Assembly: GCF_009914755.1 (NCBI RefSeq)
Contig: NC_060925.1
Length of the DNA: 64,000 nucleotides
Direction: 5' to 3' (one strand)
Origin: the human T2T-CHM13v2.0 reference genome, Homo sapiens
A program made the position numbers and the translations under genes. The first letter of the stretch is position 1, and the number at the start of each line of letters is the position of its first letter. Under the pieces are notes generated by a model. That model saw only the letters and a program-made list of their open reading frames with translations, had not been told where the DNA came from and did no database searches. Positions 1 through 15,906 of this stretch are shown one piece after another.

Positions 1-944
1 AGGGTTTTGAACAAAGATTTACTGAGTAGCTACAGTACATACGGATCTTCTCCTTGTAATTGTAAAGATATGTACAATTTTCTCTAATTTATGCTTATTC
101 AATATAGGAACCTTAAATCTGGTATACTATTTACTAAACACAATATTTGTATTCTGAAAATTGCCTCTATGTTTCTATCATATGTCTCTGGAATCCCAGT
201 TACATGTTTGTTGGATCTTCTTGCTCTATCCTCCACATGAATAAAACATTCATTATTTATATTTCTCTACTGTGTTCTGTTTTCTTTTTACAGATTTTTT
301 CAATAAATTTTATGATAAATTATGTTAATTGGTTGTTTGACATGTTTCCAATTTCAATCATAATATGTTGTTTTCTTTTCTACAAGTACTATTTTGTTCT
401 TTTCCAAACAGTCAATTTCTTGTTCTTTAATCATACTTTCAATAGCAGTCTTTAAACATATTAAACATAATTATTAAATTATTACCTAATAACTTAAATA
501 CCTAGTTTGATGTTATTGCTGTCATTCAAGATGTGAGCTATTTACTTGTGGGTTTAGTGATTCTTAATCAGAAGTTCATGTTACTTTAAATTTATCTGCA
601 GGAACCATTGAGGCTTGAGTATAACATGTGTTCCTCCAGAAATGATTTCTATTACTTCTGTCAGGTACCTTGGGGATGATACCAACCCAGAATCCATATA
701 AGCAATAATTTTGACTTGGGGGTTTCTCAGGGCCACAATAGTCATAAGATTTAGGCTACATAGCTACATAAGTAGAAGTTTGAGGCTAAAAATCATCAGG
801 GGAAACTTTTTCTGTTCCTCTCAAACTAAGGCTGAGAGAATTATGCATATCATGGTTTCATTTTGTGGGGTCAGGTTTTTCTGTTTTGCTCTGAGAGAAT
901 GTTACCCTTTGGGAGGCCCTGTTTCAGTGTCATGAGGGTTGTCT

Positions 945-2635
945 CTTTTTTGGGGGGGGGGTTCTTTTTTATTATTATACTTTAAGTTCTAGGGTACATG
1001 TGCACAACATGCAGGTTTGATACATAGGTATGCATGTGCCATGTTGGTTTGCTGCACCTATCAACCCATCATATACATTATGTATTTCTCCTAATGCTAT
1101 CCCTCCCCCAGCCTCCCACCCCCCAACAGGCCCCGGTGTGTGATGTTCACCGCCTTGTGTCCAAGTGATCTCATTGTTCAATTCCCACCTATGAGTGAGA
1201 ACATGTGGTGTTTGGTTTTCTGTCCTTGTGATAGTTTGCTCAGAGTGATGGTTTCCAGCTTCATCCATGTCCCTGCAAAGGACATGAACTTATCCTTTTT
1301 GATGGCTGCATAGTATTCCATGGTATATATGTGCCACATTTTCTTTATCCAGTCTATCATGGATGGACATTTGGGTTGGTTCCAAGTCTTTGCTATTGTG
1401 AATAGTGCCACAGTAAACATATGTGTACATATGTCTTTATAGTAGCATGATTTGTAATCCTTTGGGTATATACCCAGTAATGGGATGGCTGGGTCAAATG
1501 GTAATTCTAGTTCTAGATCCTTGAGGAATCGCCACACTGTCTTCCACAATAGTTGAACTAATTTACAGTCCCACCAACAGTGTAAAAGTGTTCCTATTTC
1601 TCCACATCCTCTCCAGCACCTGTTGTTTCCTGACTTTTTAATGATTGCCGTTCCAAATGGCGTGAGATAGTATCTCATTGTGGTTTTGATTTGCATTTCT
1701 CTGATGACCAGTGATGATGAGCATTTTTTCATGTGTCTGTTGGCTGCATAAATGTCTTCTTTTGAGAAGTATGTGTTCATATCCTTTGCCCACTTTTTGA
1801 TGGAGTTGTTTGTTTTTTTTTCTTGTAAATTTGTTTCTTTGTAGCTTCTGGATATTAGCCCTTAGTCAGATGAGTAGATTGCAAAAATTTTCTCCCGTTC
1901 TGTAGGTTGCCTGTTCACTCTGATTGTAGTTTCTTTTGCCATGCAGAAGCTCTTTAGTTTAATTAGATCCCCTTTGTCTATTTTGGCTTTTGTTGCCATT
2001 GCTTTTGGTGTTTTAGTCATGAAGTCTTTGCCCGTGCCTATGTCCTGAAAGGTATTGCCTAGGTTTTCTTCAAGAGTTTTTATGGTTTTAGATCTAACAT
2101 TTAAGTCTTTAATCCATCTCGGATTAATTTTTGTATAAGGTGTAAGGAAGGGATCCAGTTTCAGCTTTCTACATGTGGCTAGCCAGTTTTCCCAGCACCG
2201 TTTATTGAATAGGGAATCCTTTCCCCATTTCTTGTTTTTGTCAGGTTTGTCAAAGATCAGATGGTTGCAGATGTGTGGTGTTATTTCTGAGGCCTCTGTT
2301 CTGTTCCATTGGTCTATATTTCTGTTTTGGTACCAGTACCATGCTGTTTTGGTTACTGTAGCCTTGTAGTATAATTTGAGGTCAGGTAGCGTCATGCCTC
2401 CAGCTTTGTTCTTTTTGCTTAGGATTGTCTTGGCTGTGTGGGCTCTTTTTTTGGTTCCATATGAACTTTGAAGTAGTTTTTCCAATTCTGTGAAGAAAGT
2501 CATTGGTAGCTTGATGGGGATGGCATTGAATCTATAAATTACTTTGGGCAGTATGGCCATTTTCCTGATACTGATTCTTCCTATCCATGAGCATGGAATA
2601 TTCTTCCATTTGTTTGTGTCCTCCATCTCCTTGAG
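945..2635 (-). mobile_element. 5'-truncated L1PA (older, roughly L1PA7/8-like): ORF2 C-terminus and 3'UTR
   Basis: ORFs 1178-1780 and 1862-2689 are L1 ORF2 C-terminal fragments. Poly(T) tail at ~945-975. Confidence 0.92.
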
Positions 2636-2913
2636 ATGGAGTCTAGCTCTGTCGCCCAGACTGCAATGCAGTGGTGCAATCTTGCTCACTGTAACCTCCG
2701 CCTCCCAGATTCAAGCTATTCTCCTGCCTCAGCCTCCAGAGTAGCTGGAAGTACAGGTGTGCGCCACCATACCTGGCTAATTTTTGTATCTTTAGTAGAG
2801 ATGGGGTTTCACCATATTGGCCAGGCTAGTCTTGAACTCCTGACCTCAAGTTATCCACCCGCCTTGGCCTCCCAAAGTGCTGGAATTACAAGCATGAGCT
2901 ACCGCGCCTAGCC
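2631..2913 (-). mobile_element. AluS lacking its poly(A) tail, abutting the L1
   Basis: Dimeric Alu sequence on the minus strand. Confidence 0.88.
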
Positions 2914-3725
2914 AAAAGTAGGGTCTTAAAGAGATATTTGTCCACCCGTGTGTATAGCAGCATTATTGACAATAGCTAAAAAATGGAAGCAACCCACTTG
3001 TTCATCAGCAGATAAATGAATAAACAAAATTTGTTATACACATACAGTGAATATTATTCAGCCTTGAACGAAATTCTGACACATTCTATAAAACATGGAT
3101 GACTCTTGAGGACATCATGTTAAGTGAAACAAACAGGTCAGAGAAGGATGAATATTGTACAACTCCGTTTACATGAGGTACCTATAGTAGTCAAAATTGG
3201 AAAGAAGGAAGTAGAATGATGGTTGCCAGGGAATAGGGGTTGGCAGGAATGGGGTTATCATTTAATGGGTATAGAGTTTCAGTTTTGCAAGATAAAAAGA
3301 ATTCTGGAGATGGTTGGTGGTGATGGTTGTACAACAGTATGAATGTATCCCAGGACCACTGAACTGTACACTTAAAAATGGTAGAGCCAAGCATGGTGGC
3401 ATATGCATGTTGTCCCAGCTACTTAGGAGGCTGAGGTGGGAGGACCATTTGAGGCCCGGAGTTTGAGGCTGTAGTGTGCCATAATTGTGCCTGTTAATAG
3501 CCACCGTACTTCAGCCTGGGCAACATAACAAGACCCCAGCTCTTAAAAAAGGTAGGCTTGGCGGTGTGCGCAATAGTCCCAGCTACTCTTGAGGGTGAGG
3601 TGAGAGGATCACTTGAGTTCAGGAATTTGAGTTCAGCCTGGGCAACAGAGTGAGACCTTGTCTCTTTCTAAACAAAAGTTAAGATTGTAAATTTTACATT
3701 ATGTGTATTTTACCACAATAAAAAA
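2914..3725 (+). mobile_element. Old L1M (L1MA/MB-like) 3' end, interrupted by Alu monomers at ~3386-3670
   Basis: Typical L1M 3' motifs (GGAAGCAACCC, GTTTCAGTTTTGCAAGAT, CTGAACTGTACACTTAAAAATGG). Confidence 0.7.
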
Positions 3726-3799
3726 TTGCTTCTCTCCTCCCCACAATTCCTTTGTGCTTGCCCTAGTCATCCCCTCTTCCCGTGTAACCACTGATCTTT

Positions 3800-4828
<1,029 letters not shown>

Positions 4829-4846
4829 TTACCTCAGTTAACTTTT

Positions 4847-5348
4847 TTTTTTATATTTATACTTTAAGTTCTAGGGTACATGTGCACAACATGCAGGTTT
4901 GTTACATAGGTATACATGTGCCATGTTGGTTTGCTGCACCCATCAACTTGTCATTTACATTAGATATTTCTCCTAACATTATTCCTCCCCTAACCCCCCA
5001 CCCCCCAACAGGCCCCAGTGTGTGATGTTCCCCTCCCTGTGTCCATGTGTTCTCATTGTTCAACTCCTACTTATGAGTGAGAGCATGCAGTGTTTGGTTT
5101 TCTGTCCTTGCGATAGTTTGCTGAGAATGATGGTTTCCAGCTTCATCCATGTCTCTGCAAAGGACATGAACTCATCCTTTTTCATGGCTGCATAGTATAT
5201 TCCATGGTGTATATGTGCCACATTATCTTTATCCAGTCTATTATTGATGGACATTTGGGTTGGTTTGAAGTCTTTGTTATTGTGAATAGTGCCGCAATAA
5301 ACATACGTGTGCATGTGTCTTTATAGTAGTATGATTTATAATCCTTTG
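4847..5348 (-). mobile_element. Short 5'-truncated L1PA 3' end with TSD
   Basis: TSD TTACCT(C/T)AGTTAACTTTT at 4829-4846 / 5349-5366 and a TTTT/AA endonuclease site. Confidence 0.9.
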
Positions 5349-5471
5349 TTACCTTAGTTAACTTTTAAGTATGAATGTTCACCATAAATTTCTGTGGTAG
5401 TATGTACTAGTAAACTATAAATAAAAACTAATATTGATGGCAGTGGTACTGTTTAAGAAAAGGAAAAATTG

Positions 5472-5745
5472 CCAGGCAGGAACTCAGGAGGCTGAGGCGG
5501 GAGGATCACTTGAGGCCAGGAGTTTGAGATCAGCCTGGGCAATATAGCAAGATCTTGTCTCTAAGAAAATAAAAATAAAAAAATTAGCCTGACATGGTGG
5601 TGCACACTTGTCGTTCCAGCTACTTGGGATCACTTGAGCCTGGGAATTCAAGGTTACAGTGAGCTATGATCATGTCACTGCACCACTGCAGTCTGGGCAA
5701 CAGAGTGAGACTCTGACTCTTAAAAGAAAAAAAGAAAAGGAAAAA
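5472..5745 (+). mobile_element. AluJ (degenerate)
   Basis: Alu dimer with deletions. Confidence 0.75.
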
Positions 5746-5884
5746 TGTAATTGTGGTGTTAAAGTACCATATTTGTCCTTGATATTCCTCCCTGAACTTG
5801 CCAGCCACTCTTTTATACTGAGATGTTTGGTTTTGGCATTAATTTAAGAAACTTAAAATCTAAGTGTGAATGTTAGCTATGCTC

Positions 5885-6185
5885 TCTTTTCTTTCTTTAT
5901 TTTTTTTTGAGATGGGTCTAGCTCTGTTGCCCAGGCTGGAGTATAGTGATGCTGTCATAGCACAGTAACCTCAAACTCCTGGGCTCAAGTGAGCATCCTA
6001 TCTTAGCCTCCAGAGTAGCTGGGACTACAGGTGTGTGCCACCAAGCCCAGCTAATTTTTTTGTGTGTGGATACAGGGTCTCTTTATGTTGCCCAAGCTGG
6101 TCTTAAACTCCTGGGCTCAAGCAGTCATTCTGCCTTGGCCTCCTAAAGTGCTGGGATTACAGGCATGAGCCATCACACTCAGCCT
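5885..6185 (-). mobile_element. AluJ
   Basis: Alu dimer on the minus strand. Confidence 0.8.
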
Positions 6186-6310
6186 TGTCTGTTACTTTTT
6201 AAAAGAAACTTTTCCACTAATTGGCTCTCCAGTTGGCTTGCTTCTCTTGTCTCTGACTATGGATGGGAGTCTTTGTTGTTGTATAAGTAGAAAGCTTTCT
6301 TATGTTGTTA

Positions 6311-6715
<405 letters not shown>

Positions 6716-6851
6716 TTAGTTTCTATAACTAAGATATTTTGGCTGTTCTTTGGTAATATCTAAGAAGAATAATTGCAATATTATTCTTTTTTAGTGATGC
6801 AAAATTACAAATACTGCAGTGGTACTTATTTACTCATTTATATTGTAGCTA

Positions 6852-7077
6852 CAAGTTGAGTGTTCCTTATCCAAAATGCTTAGGACCAGAAGATTTTAAT
6901 ATTTTGGATTATTTTTGGATTTTTTGGAATACTTTCATTTTATTTACTGGTTGAGCATTCCTAATCAGAAATGTTCATTGGAGCATTTCCTTTGAGCATC
7001 ATGCTGTCACTCAAAAACTTTTGGATTTTGGAATGTTTCAGATTTTGGAGCATTTCAGATTAGGGATGCTCAATCTG
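6852..7077. mobile_element. MER46/Tigger4-type non-autonomous DNA transposon
   Basis: Terminal inverted repeats CAAGTTGAG..CCTTATCC / GATTAGGGATGCTCAATCTG and internal GGATTTT repeats. Confidence 0.7.
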
Positions 7078-7166
7078 TGGAACGTTAGTTTATGTTAAAG
7101 CTACATTTTTGTTTTTATTTTGCTTAGTGTTTTGACTTAATCATCTATGTTAAGAACCTAATTCTT

Positions 7167-7565
<399 letters not shown>

Positions 7566-7769
7566 TTAGTCATTTGTTTTGTGTATTTTATACCTTTTAA
7601 ACATCAGCAACAACTTTTTATTTCAGTTGGCCTTTGGCTTGGAGAGTCTAATAATAACATTAATTTATGGGGGTGTTGGGTGGGCAGCAGTTTATAGTTT
7701 TTTAAGACTTCATTGATTATTGTGATTCTTGCCTGTCTGAGAAATGGTGCTGTTAATTAGCAGTACAGA

Positions 7770-7940
7770 AATCTGGACAATCATTAGAATCATGTAGAGA
7801 ATTTAAAGGCAGTAACAACCATACTCCCTAACCCTACTCTAATCTCTTGAATCAGATCTCTGGAATGAGGCCCAGAAATTTGTGTTTTTTGAAAACACTC
7901 CAAATGATTCTGACAGTACCAAGGTTTGAGAACCATTGGT
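7770..7940. mobile_element. MER5-like hAT MITE
   Basis: ATTAGAATCA...TGATTCTGA...AAGGTTTGAGAACCATTG. Confidence 0.55.
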
Positions 7941-8287
7941 TTATGTACTCTAAAATCTTTACTTAAGTCAGGGAATTAGAAATCTCCTTGTTCTTGGACT
8001 GAGTCATATTCCCTTTTTACTCCTATTAAATTGATTTCACGAATACTACTACTAATCTAATGATTTTTGAATACTTAAGCAGTGCATTTCACATTTTTGG
8101 GTTCAGAGAGATTAAGTATCTTGTCTAAAACTACTTCATAGTAAGTGGCAGAGTGATATAAATTCAGATATTTCTGTATCCAGAGCCCTTATTCTTTACC
8201 ATGAATATTATACTACCTTTTATTGAATTTTGTTGAGAAGGCAGCCATCAGTGTATGTGCAGAGAGATTATTAAAAAAAAAATCCTC

Positions 8288-8618
<331 letters not shown>

Positions 8619-9739
8619 TTACCATAAAGCTGTTAAGAATATTGCTGATTGCATTATCGTGCTATTCTCTGTGGGACTCATGGAAGAAATTACTCTTTAG
8701 CTTTTTTATAGTATAGAAACTGCGTTTTGTATGACTGTTTATGTTTCTCATTTTGCACTTGCTGCTAGAAAACTTAAAGTCAGATTTCTGGTTCACTGTT
8801 AGCAAATGTATAGGATTTTTTGTCTGCATTTTGTTTACAAATTTTATTCTTAGTATCATCTTAGATTTGTCTATTTCTTTTTTTCATCTCTTTTATAATT
8901 ATTGTATCTTGCTCTGTTATCTTTATGTTGCTTTAGATGGAAGTGTAAAGTAATTAACAAGTGATTTTGAACCATTTTATTTTATTCTGGTCAAAAATCT
9001 TTCTGAAAGATTTTTGAATTTGGGCAAGAAAGGATCTTATAATTTGGAACATTATCTGTGTGCCAAGCACTTTGCTAGATGTTCTTTTATTTTTTATTTT
9101 ACTTTCATGCCGGCTCTGCGAGATAAGTAGTGGTATTCCCATTTTACAGAAGGTGAAACTTAAGGTTAACTTTTGTCATGTAAAGCTAAACTCTGATCTA
9201 GATTTGTGTGACTCCAAAACTTTTTTTATATGCCTCTAATGGATGTAATTTACCTAGAGATTTATTAACCCTCTAGTGGGGGTCGTTTCCATCTTCAACA
9301 AGCATTTATAAAATACTTTATAGAAAGCACTGTGCCTAGTTCTGGGTATACATCCCCAACTGCCTTGTAGAAATTGCTACACTGGATAGGATGTCTTAAC
9401 TTGAGCTTAACGTGTATTTGAACAGACATTTGTATTAGTCTGTGGTCCTGGTAGGAAACAGTACTCAAAAGGCTTAACTGAGGAGTTTTAAATAAACTTT
9501 TTATAAAGGTGTGGGCCTGGTCTGTGGAGCCAGCAGTGGTGGATGGTGCATTACCCTAGAGCTAGTAACAGTTGGGAGCTGCTAGTAGTTGGGCCTTAAG
9601 GGCAAGGAGAGGCATTGGTTACTAGCCCCCTAAGCAGTAGCTGTAGGCAGAAAGGGCTGCGTGACGGGATCTATGGCCTTTAGTAGGGGAATATAGGAAA
9701 TTTACAGCAGAGTGGTGGAGGAATAAAAACTTGGATTTC

Positions 9740-10015
9740 TAATCCTAGTACTTTGGGAGGCCGAGGCTGGTGGATCACCTGAGGTCAGGAGTTCAAGACC
9801 AACCTGGCCAACATCGTGAAACGCCATCTCTACTAAAAATACAAAAATTAGCGGGTGTGGTGGTGCATGCCTGTAATTCTAGCTACTCAGGAGGTGGAGA
9901 CAGGAGAATTGCTTGAACCGGAAGGCGGAGGTTGCAGTGAGCTGAGATCACGCCACTGCACTCCAGCCTGGGTGACAAAGTGAGACTCCGTCTCAAAAAA
10001 AACAAAAACAAAAAC
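9740..10015 (+). mobile_element. AluS, 5'-truncated
   Basis: Alu sequence starting at TAATCCTAG. Confidence 0.8.
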
Positions 10016-11030
10016 TTTGACTTCACTTCCATCCTACTTCTTCAGGATGCCTCCAATCGACTGAACCGAAGGATAAGTTAGAGGGCAAGGGAAACCATTG
10101 ATAATAGTCTGTTGGGGCCCAGAGAAGTGTTGATGAAAGAAAGAGAGTGATTCTGGAGGAGGAAAGAGAGCACAGACAGGGCCCTTACTCCGAAGATAAG
10201 TATTGAGATAAGATAAGCAGGGAAGATAAGTATTGAGCAAATTACTACAAGTGTGATGAGAGCTGTGGAAACTTAGAATAGACGTGCGTAGCCTGAGAAG
10301 GCTTCTCTGTGGAATGTTCTTCACACATCCTGGTTCTTTTGAAACAAAACAGGCCCCTTCTACAGAGATTCTGATTTACTAGGTCTGGAGAGTATATATT
10401 TTAAAAATCCTACCCAGGTTATTTTGTCAATCATTTCTTAGAGTTAGAGAGAGGCCATAATGCTGGGGCTTAGAGGTTCAGGGAAAGAATGATGTGAGAT
10501 GAAGCTAGAGAGATGATGGCCAGAGCCTATAAGCCATTCTTGTTTTTTTGTTTTTAAGTTACCTTACTAAATAACTACATCCTAACTTCTTCTGCCTCTT
10601 TTCACTGTAGTTCTCATTCTCACACCTAGCTTCTTTTCTTTGATGTCTTGTTATGAACCTCCAATTCCTTAGTAGGAGATATATATATCAAGGAAACTGG
10701 AGAAATAAAAGTGATAACAGTAGCACTGTGTCATGATAACTGAATTCTAAAGCTTGTTCATTTCCAGTAGAGAACTAGAGCCAAGGTCATTTTGTATTTT
10801 TTTTTTAAGTGAACAGAATCTGAAGTGACTTCTTCTTTTTTGAGTTTTTCTTGATGTCTAGAATGATGATACACATACAACTAAAAAACTATGAGACATG
10901 CAAAATATATAGAGCTGCAGTTTGCAATGAAAGAAGTAAAATATACTCCTAACTTTTAGAAACTAAAGATTCAAGCTTTACATATTCTGAAAATATATAA
11001 TAAAAAATTTTATTATTTAAAATACATTTA

Positions 11031-11337
<307 letters not shown>

Positions 11338-14300
11338 TCAGTACACATCACATGCATGTAATAAAGAGATACTCTGAGCCAATCATCACATTTCATGAAA
11401 TATTTTGCATAAGTGTAAATGTTAGATAAATAAGCTGTAAACATAAAAATCAATTAACATAACTTGTAAAGGATAAAAACTGCTATTCATAAGAAATTAT
11501 GCATGAGAGTAGTTGTAAAATAATAACAAAATAATCATTATTAACAGCTTTAAGTATTTGAATTATTCTGTTTACTAAAAGGAAACATAAAGTAAGGTTG
11601 CCTGTTACTAACTTTACAGAGTTGTGAAATATAATTGTGAAATCAGAAATTCTTACTGGTAGTTTTATATATGAAAATGGCTGATTTCTACATATTCTGT
11701 GTTTTGTTACCCGACTCAATTTTGTTTTTTTAATAGTTTTTTGGCCAGTTTTCTTGAGTTTTTGAGATTTTGCAGGTACAAGGTCTGCAAGTAGCAATAT
11801 GTTTATATTTTCCTTTTGCAATGTTTATACCTCCAATTTCTTTCTCTTGTTTAATTTCATTGGTATGTTAGTGCATTAAAACATCATGTGAAATATTGGA
11901 CTGAACACCAACATTGCGATAGTAATGTACAAATGATATGTAACTGATTCTATGTTCAATTAAAGTATTTATTCAGCTCTTAGTAGACTGTAAACTCTTA
12001 AGTGTAGAATCTGCTTTTAATTCTTTGTATCTTCCATCTAGTCCAGTGTCATTTACTAGCTGGTAAACCCTGAGCCTTACTTTCCATGTTTGTATAATAA
12101 TAGGAGTAATTACGCCTACTCTCAAGGAGAGATTAAATGAGATAATATATAAAAGCACTCAACACAGTGCTTGGCACTGGTGGCAGTTATTATTATTCAT
12201 TTAATTCAACAAATAATTGAATGTTAACCTAAGGATAGGGATATTATGTGAACAAAAATATCCTTATGTTTTTGGTATGGTGGAAAGAGAGCTATTAATC
12301 AGATAGTTGCATAGAGGGGTAAGTAAGTAAAATTCTGTAAGATGATATCAGCATAAAAACATAACCCACCACTAAGTTCAGCAAGGGTGTCCTGTGGAAA
12401 AGATTGTAACAGAGATCTGAAAAATGGTTAGGAGATAATAGGTGTGTGTGAGTGGGCAGAGGGGGGGAGTTCAGAAAAAAGATGTAGCATGTGCAAATAC
12501 TCTTAAACAGGAGGGTGTCTTTCTCAATGAAAAATGAAACAAACAAAAAAAATCCATTGTAGCCAGAGCAAAACAGACACAGAGAAAGATGTGTTACTGA
12601 AGTTGATAAGGTGACCACCATTCACAGGACACTTACCATGTTAGTTCGTTTAATCCTTCCAGTCATTTAAGATACATAAATTGACATCTCTCCATTTTAC
12701 TAATGATGAAACAAGGCAGAGAAGTTAAATGGCTTGCCCAAGGTGACACAGCTAATAAATGGCAGAGTCTATATTTGAACACAGGCAGCCTAGATACAGA
12801 ATCAGTGCCCGTAATATTTGTACCATATTGCCTGACATGCTCACTTGCATTTTGAAAAGATCACTTTAACTACAATGTGAAAAATAGATTAGAGGATAAT
12901 TAGAAAGCACACTGAGAGATCAGTCAAGAGGCTATTGCAGTATTAAACAAATGGTAATTGTAGCTTGGAGTAGAATGATGGCAATAGAGATACAGAGTAG
13001 TAGATGGCTAATTATTACAAAGTGAGTGTATCCTGTGTGAATAAATGAAAAACGAATGAATGAGCTGAGACACATGTATAATATGGCAGTGTGCTGTCTT
13101 ACTGTACAGTGTTTATAAGCAACAACTGCTGAATTATCTGTTGGAATAAAAACGAGGTGAATGTAAACCTATTTAGATTTGTGTTACCACCAACTAAGGT
13201 TTTTGTCTTAAATAGATGGTAGAAAAATGTGTTAATCTATAAAATAGTAGCTTGTATATGTTCATTCTGCAAACTTTCGGGTGCACTTGATGCTGTAAAG
13301 CTCTTCTATTTCTCATTAGACCTTTAAATACTCTTCAGCACAAAAATGAATTGTAGTACAAAGCTATTACTGCTTCTCAGAAAATGAAGAATGCTCTAAA
13401 GATAAATATAAATGAATTAAAAGGAAGAGATTATTCACTCTAAAATTGAAAATCATAACCTTCCTGAACAGTAAAGGCAGATAAGCAGAATAAATACTTG
13501 AGTCTAATTTGAAAAATCCATATTTCTATTTCAGATGTCCTACTATAACCATACCCTGCATTAGTGCATTTTGTGGTTAAAACATTTTTATTCCAGAAAG
13601 CTAAAAGATGTAATAAGATACAATAATTGTTTTTAATTCTGCCTTTTCTGTTTCTTTAACAGTCCTCTTACTTTCTATAATTGTGAGTACCATCGATAGA
13701 CACAGACTAATTCTGTGTTAGAAATAAACTTTATTTTTTAAAATGTCTGGAACACACACAGATTCACTTTGGTTGTAGAATAAGCAAACTGTGAATAATT
13801 CACACTGTGAAAACTGTGTGAATTAAGAATCTTTCCAGTTAGGGATAAATGGGGAACTGATAGTTCAAGAATGTAAATCAGAATTTAAAGTGAATAGGAG
13901 GAACTTTCCCTTCTCTCTTTTACCCTCTGAGCAATTGAAGTGAGGCTCAGCATGGTTGATGTCTTTGGTGTTGGAAGCTGCGATGGTCTAGAGCAGGGTA
14001 TCAGAACCTGGGTCTTGAGGAGTGTAGGAGGTGGCCTGGAATGGTAAGTCAGAGCCTAAGCAGAGAGAGAGAGAGGACAGCCTCCATGTGAGAGGATGGC
14101 AGACTCAGTGTAGGGTATCAGAGCATGAATGGGATAAGGAGGATGACCATTTGGGAGAGTAGAAAGAGTGGCAGCTATAACCCATTGCAGTGTGTTGGAG
14201 CCTAAGTGGAATGATGAGGGCATCCTGTGCAGGAGGGCAGCCAGCCTCAGGATAGTAGAACCCAGGTGGAGAGGGGGGCAGTCCATGCAGACAGCAGCAC

Positions 14301-14781
14301 AGTGGCATCAGCTTGATGGAGAGTGTTAGAGTAGGGGGCAGCAGTGGCAGTCTAATAAGGTATGAAGCCTTGAGTACAGTAAAGAGGGTACCTGTATGTA
14401 GCCATGGTGGCAATGAGAGACTGATTACTACCTGCTGGAGATTGTTTTAAGTGAGTTAATATATTAAGGATAAAGGGAGCCAGGTTTTTTGACTGTTGGA
14501 GAAGGAAATTACAAATATTGAAAGGTGTTGGTGTTAGATTGGAATTGGAGATATTGGTGTAAACTCATGGTATAGATAGATGGATAGATGTAGAAATAAA
14601 GAGGTAAATGTTTGGTAAGTTTAATTCGGACTCAGGTCTTCTTTAATTCACACAGTCACATTGACAAGGAAGATACTTAATGATTTGACACATCCTGAGG
14701 TTTGCTTTCTAAAAGGCAGCCATTTAAACTTAAAGCAAAATTTGTACATCAAAATTTGTAACTCTTCTAAATCTTATCCCT

Positions 14782-15906
14782 TATTGGGGGAACCCACCCC
14801 AATATTTCAACGTAGGTTCTTTCTATTTTCCCTGTCGGCCGGTCTGAGAAATAGAAAGAGTACAAAGAGAGGAATTTTACAGCTGGGCCGCTGGGGGTGA
14901 CATCACATATCGGTAGGTCCATGATGCCTACCTGATCCACAAAACCAGCAGGTTTTTATTAAGGACTTCAAAAGGGGAGGGGGTGTACGAACAGGGAGTA
15001 AGTCACAAAGATCACATGCTTCAAAGGGCAAAAAGAGAACAAAGATCACATGCTTCTGAGGAAACAGGGCAAGGACAAAAGCAAAGATAACAAGGCAAAG
15101 GGCAAAATTAGAATTACTGATGAGGGTGTGTGTTCAGCTGTGCACGTATTATCTTGATAAATATCTTAAACAACAGAAAACAGCGTTCCAGAGCAGAGAA
15201 CTGGTCTGACCTCAAATTCACCAGGGTGGGGTTTTTCCCCACTCTAGTGAGCCTGAGGGTACTGCAGGAGACCAGGGCGTATTTCAGTCCTTATCTCAAC
15301 CACTAAGAAAGGCTCTAAGACAGGCACTCCCAGAGCAGCCGTTTATAGACCTCCCCCCAGGAATGCAATTCTTTTCCTTCCTAGGGTCTTAGTGTTATAT
15401 TCCTTGCTAGGAAAAGAATTTAGCGATATCTCTCCTACTTGCACATTGATTTATAGGTTCTCTGCAAGAAGAAAAATATGGCTCTATTCTGCCCAACCCC
15501 GCAGGCAGTCAGACCTTATGGTTGTCTTCCCTTGTTCCCTGAAAATCGCTGTTATTCTGTTCTTTTTCAAGGTGCACTGATTTCATATTGTTCAAACACA
15601 CGTTTTACAATCAGTTTGTACAATAGTGGTCCTGAGGTGACGTACATCCTCAGCTTACGAAGATAACAGGTTTAAGAGATTAAAGTAAGACAGGCATAAG
15701 AAATTATAAGAGTATTATTTGGGAACTGATAACTGTCCAGGAAATCTTCACAATTTATGTTCAGAGATTGAAGTAAAGACAGGCATAAGAAATTATGAGA
15801 GTATTATTAGGGAAGTGATAAATGTTCATGAAATCTTCACAATTTATGTTCCTCTGCCGCGGCTTCAGCTGGTCCCTCCGTTAGGGGTCCCTGACTTCCC
15901 ACAACA
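14782..15906 (-). mobile_element. MER11 (HERV-K11/HML-8) solo LTR
   Basis: Minus strand begins TGTTGTGGGAAGTCAGGGACCCC. 6-bp TSD ATCCCT at 14776-14781 / 15907-15912. Confidence 0.88.

Noticed and set aside
13663-13682. Possible 20-nt microexon (tttaacAG...ATT|GTGAGT)
   Set aside because: Frame-shifting, weak exonic donor context and no other support. Expected by chance in a long intron.
13796-13825. 10-bp inverted repeat TAATTCACAC / GTGTGAATTA
   Set aside because: Too short for a miRNA-like hairpin. Probably a MITE remnant or chance.
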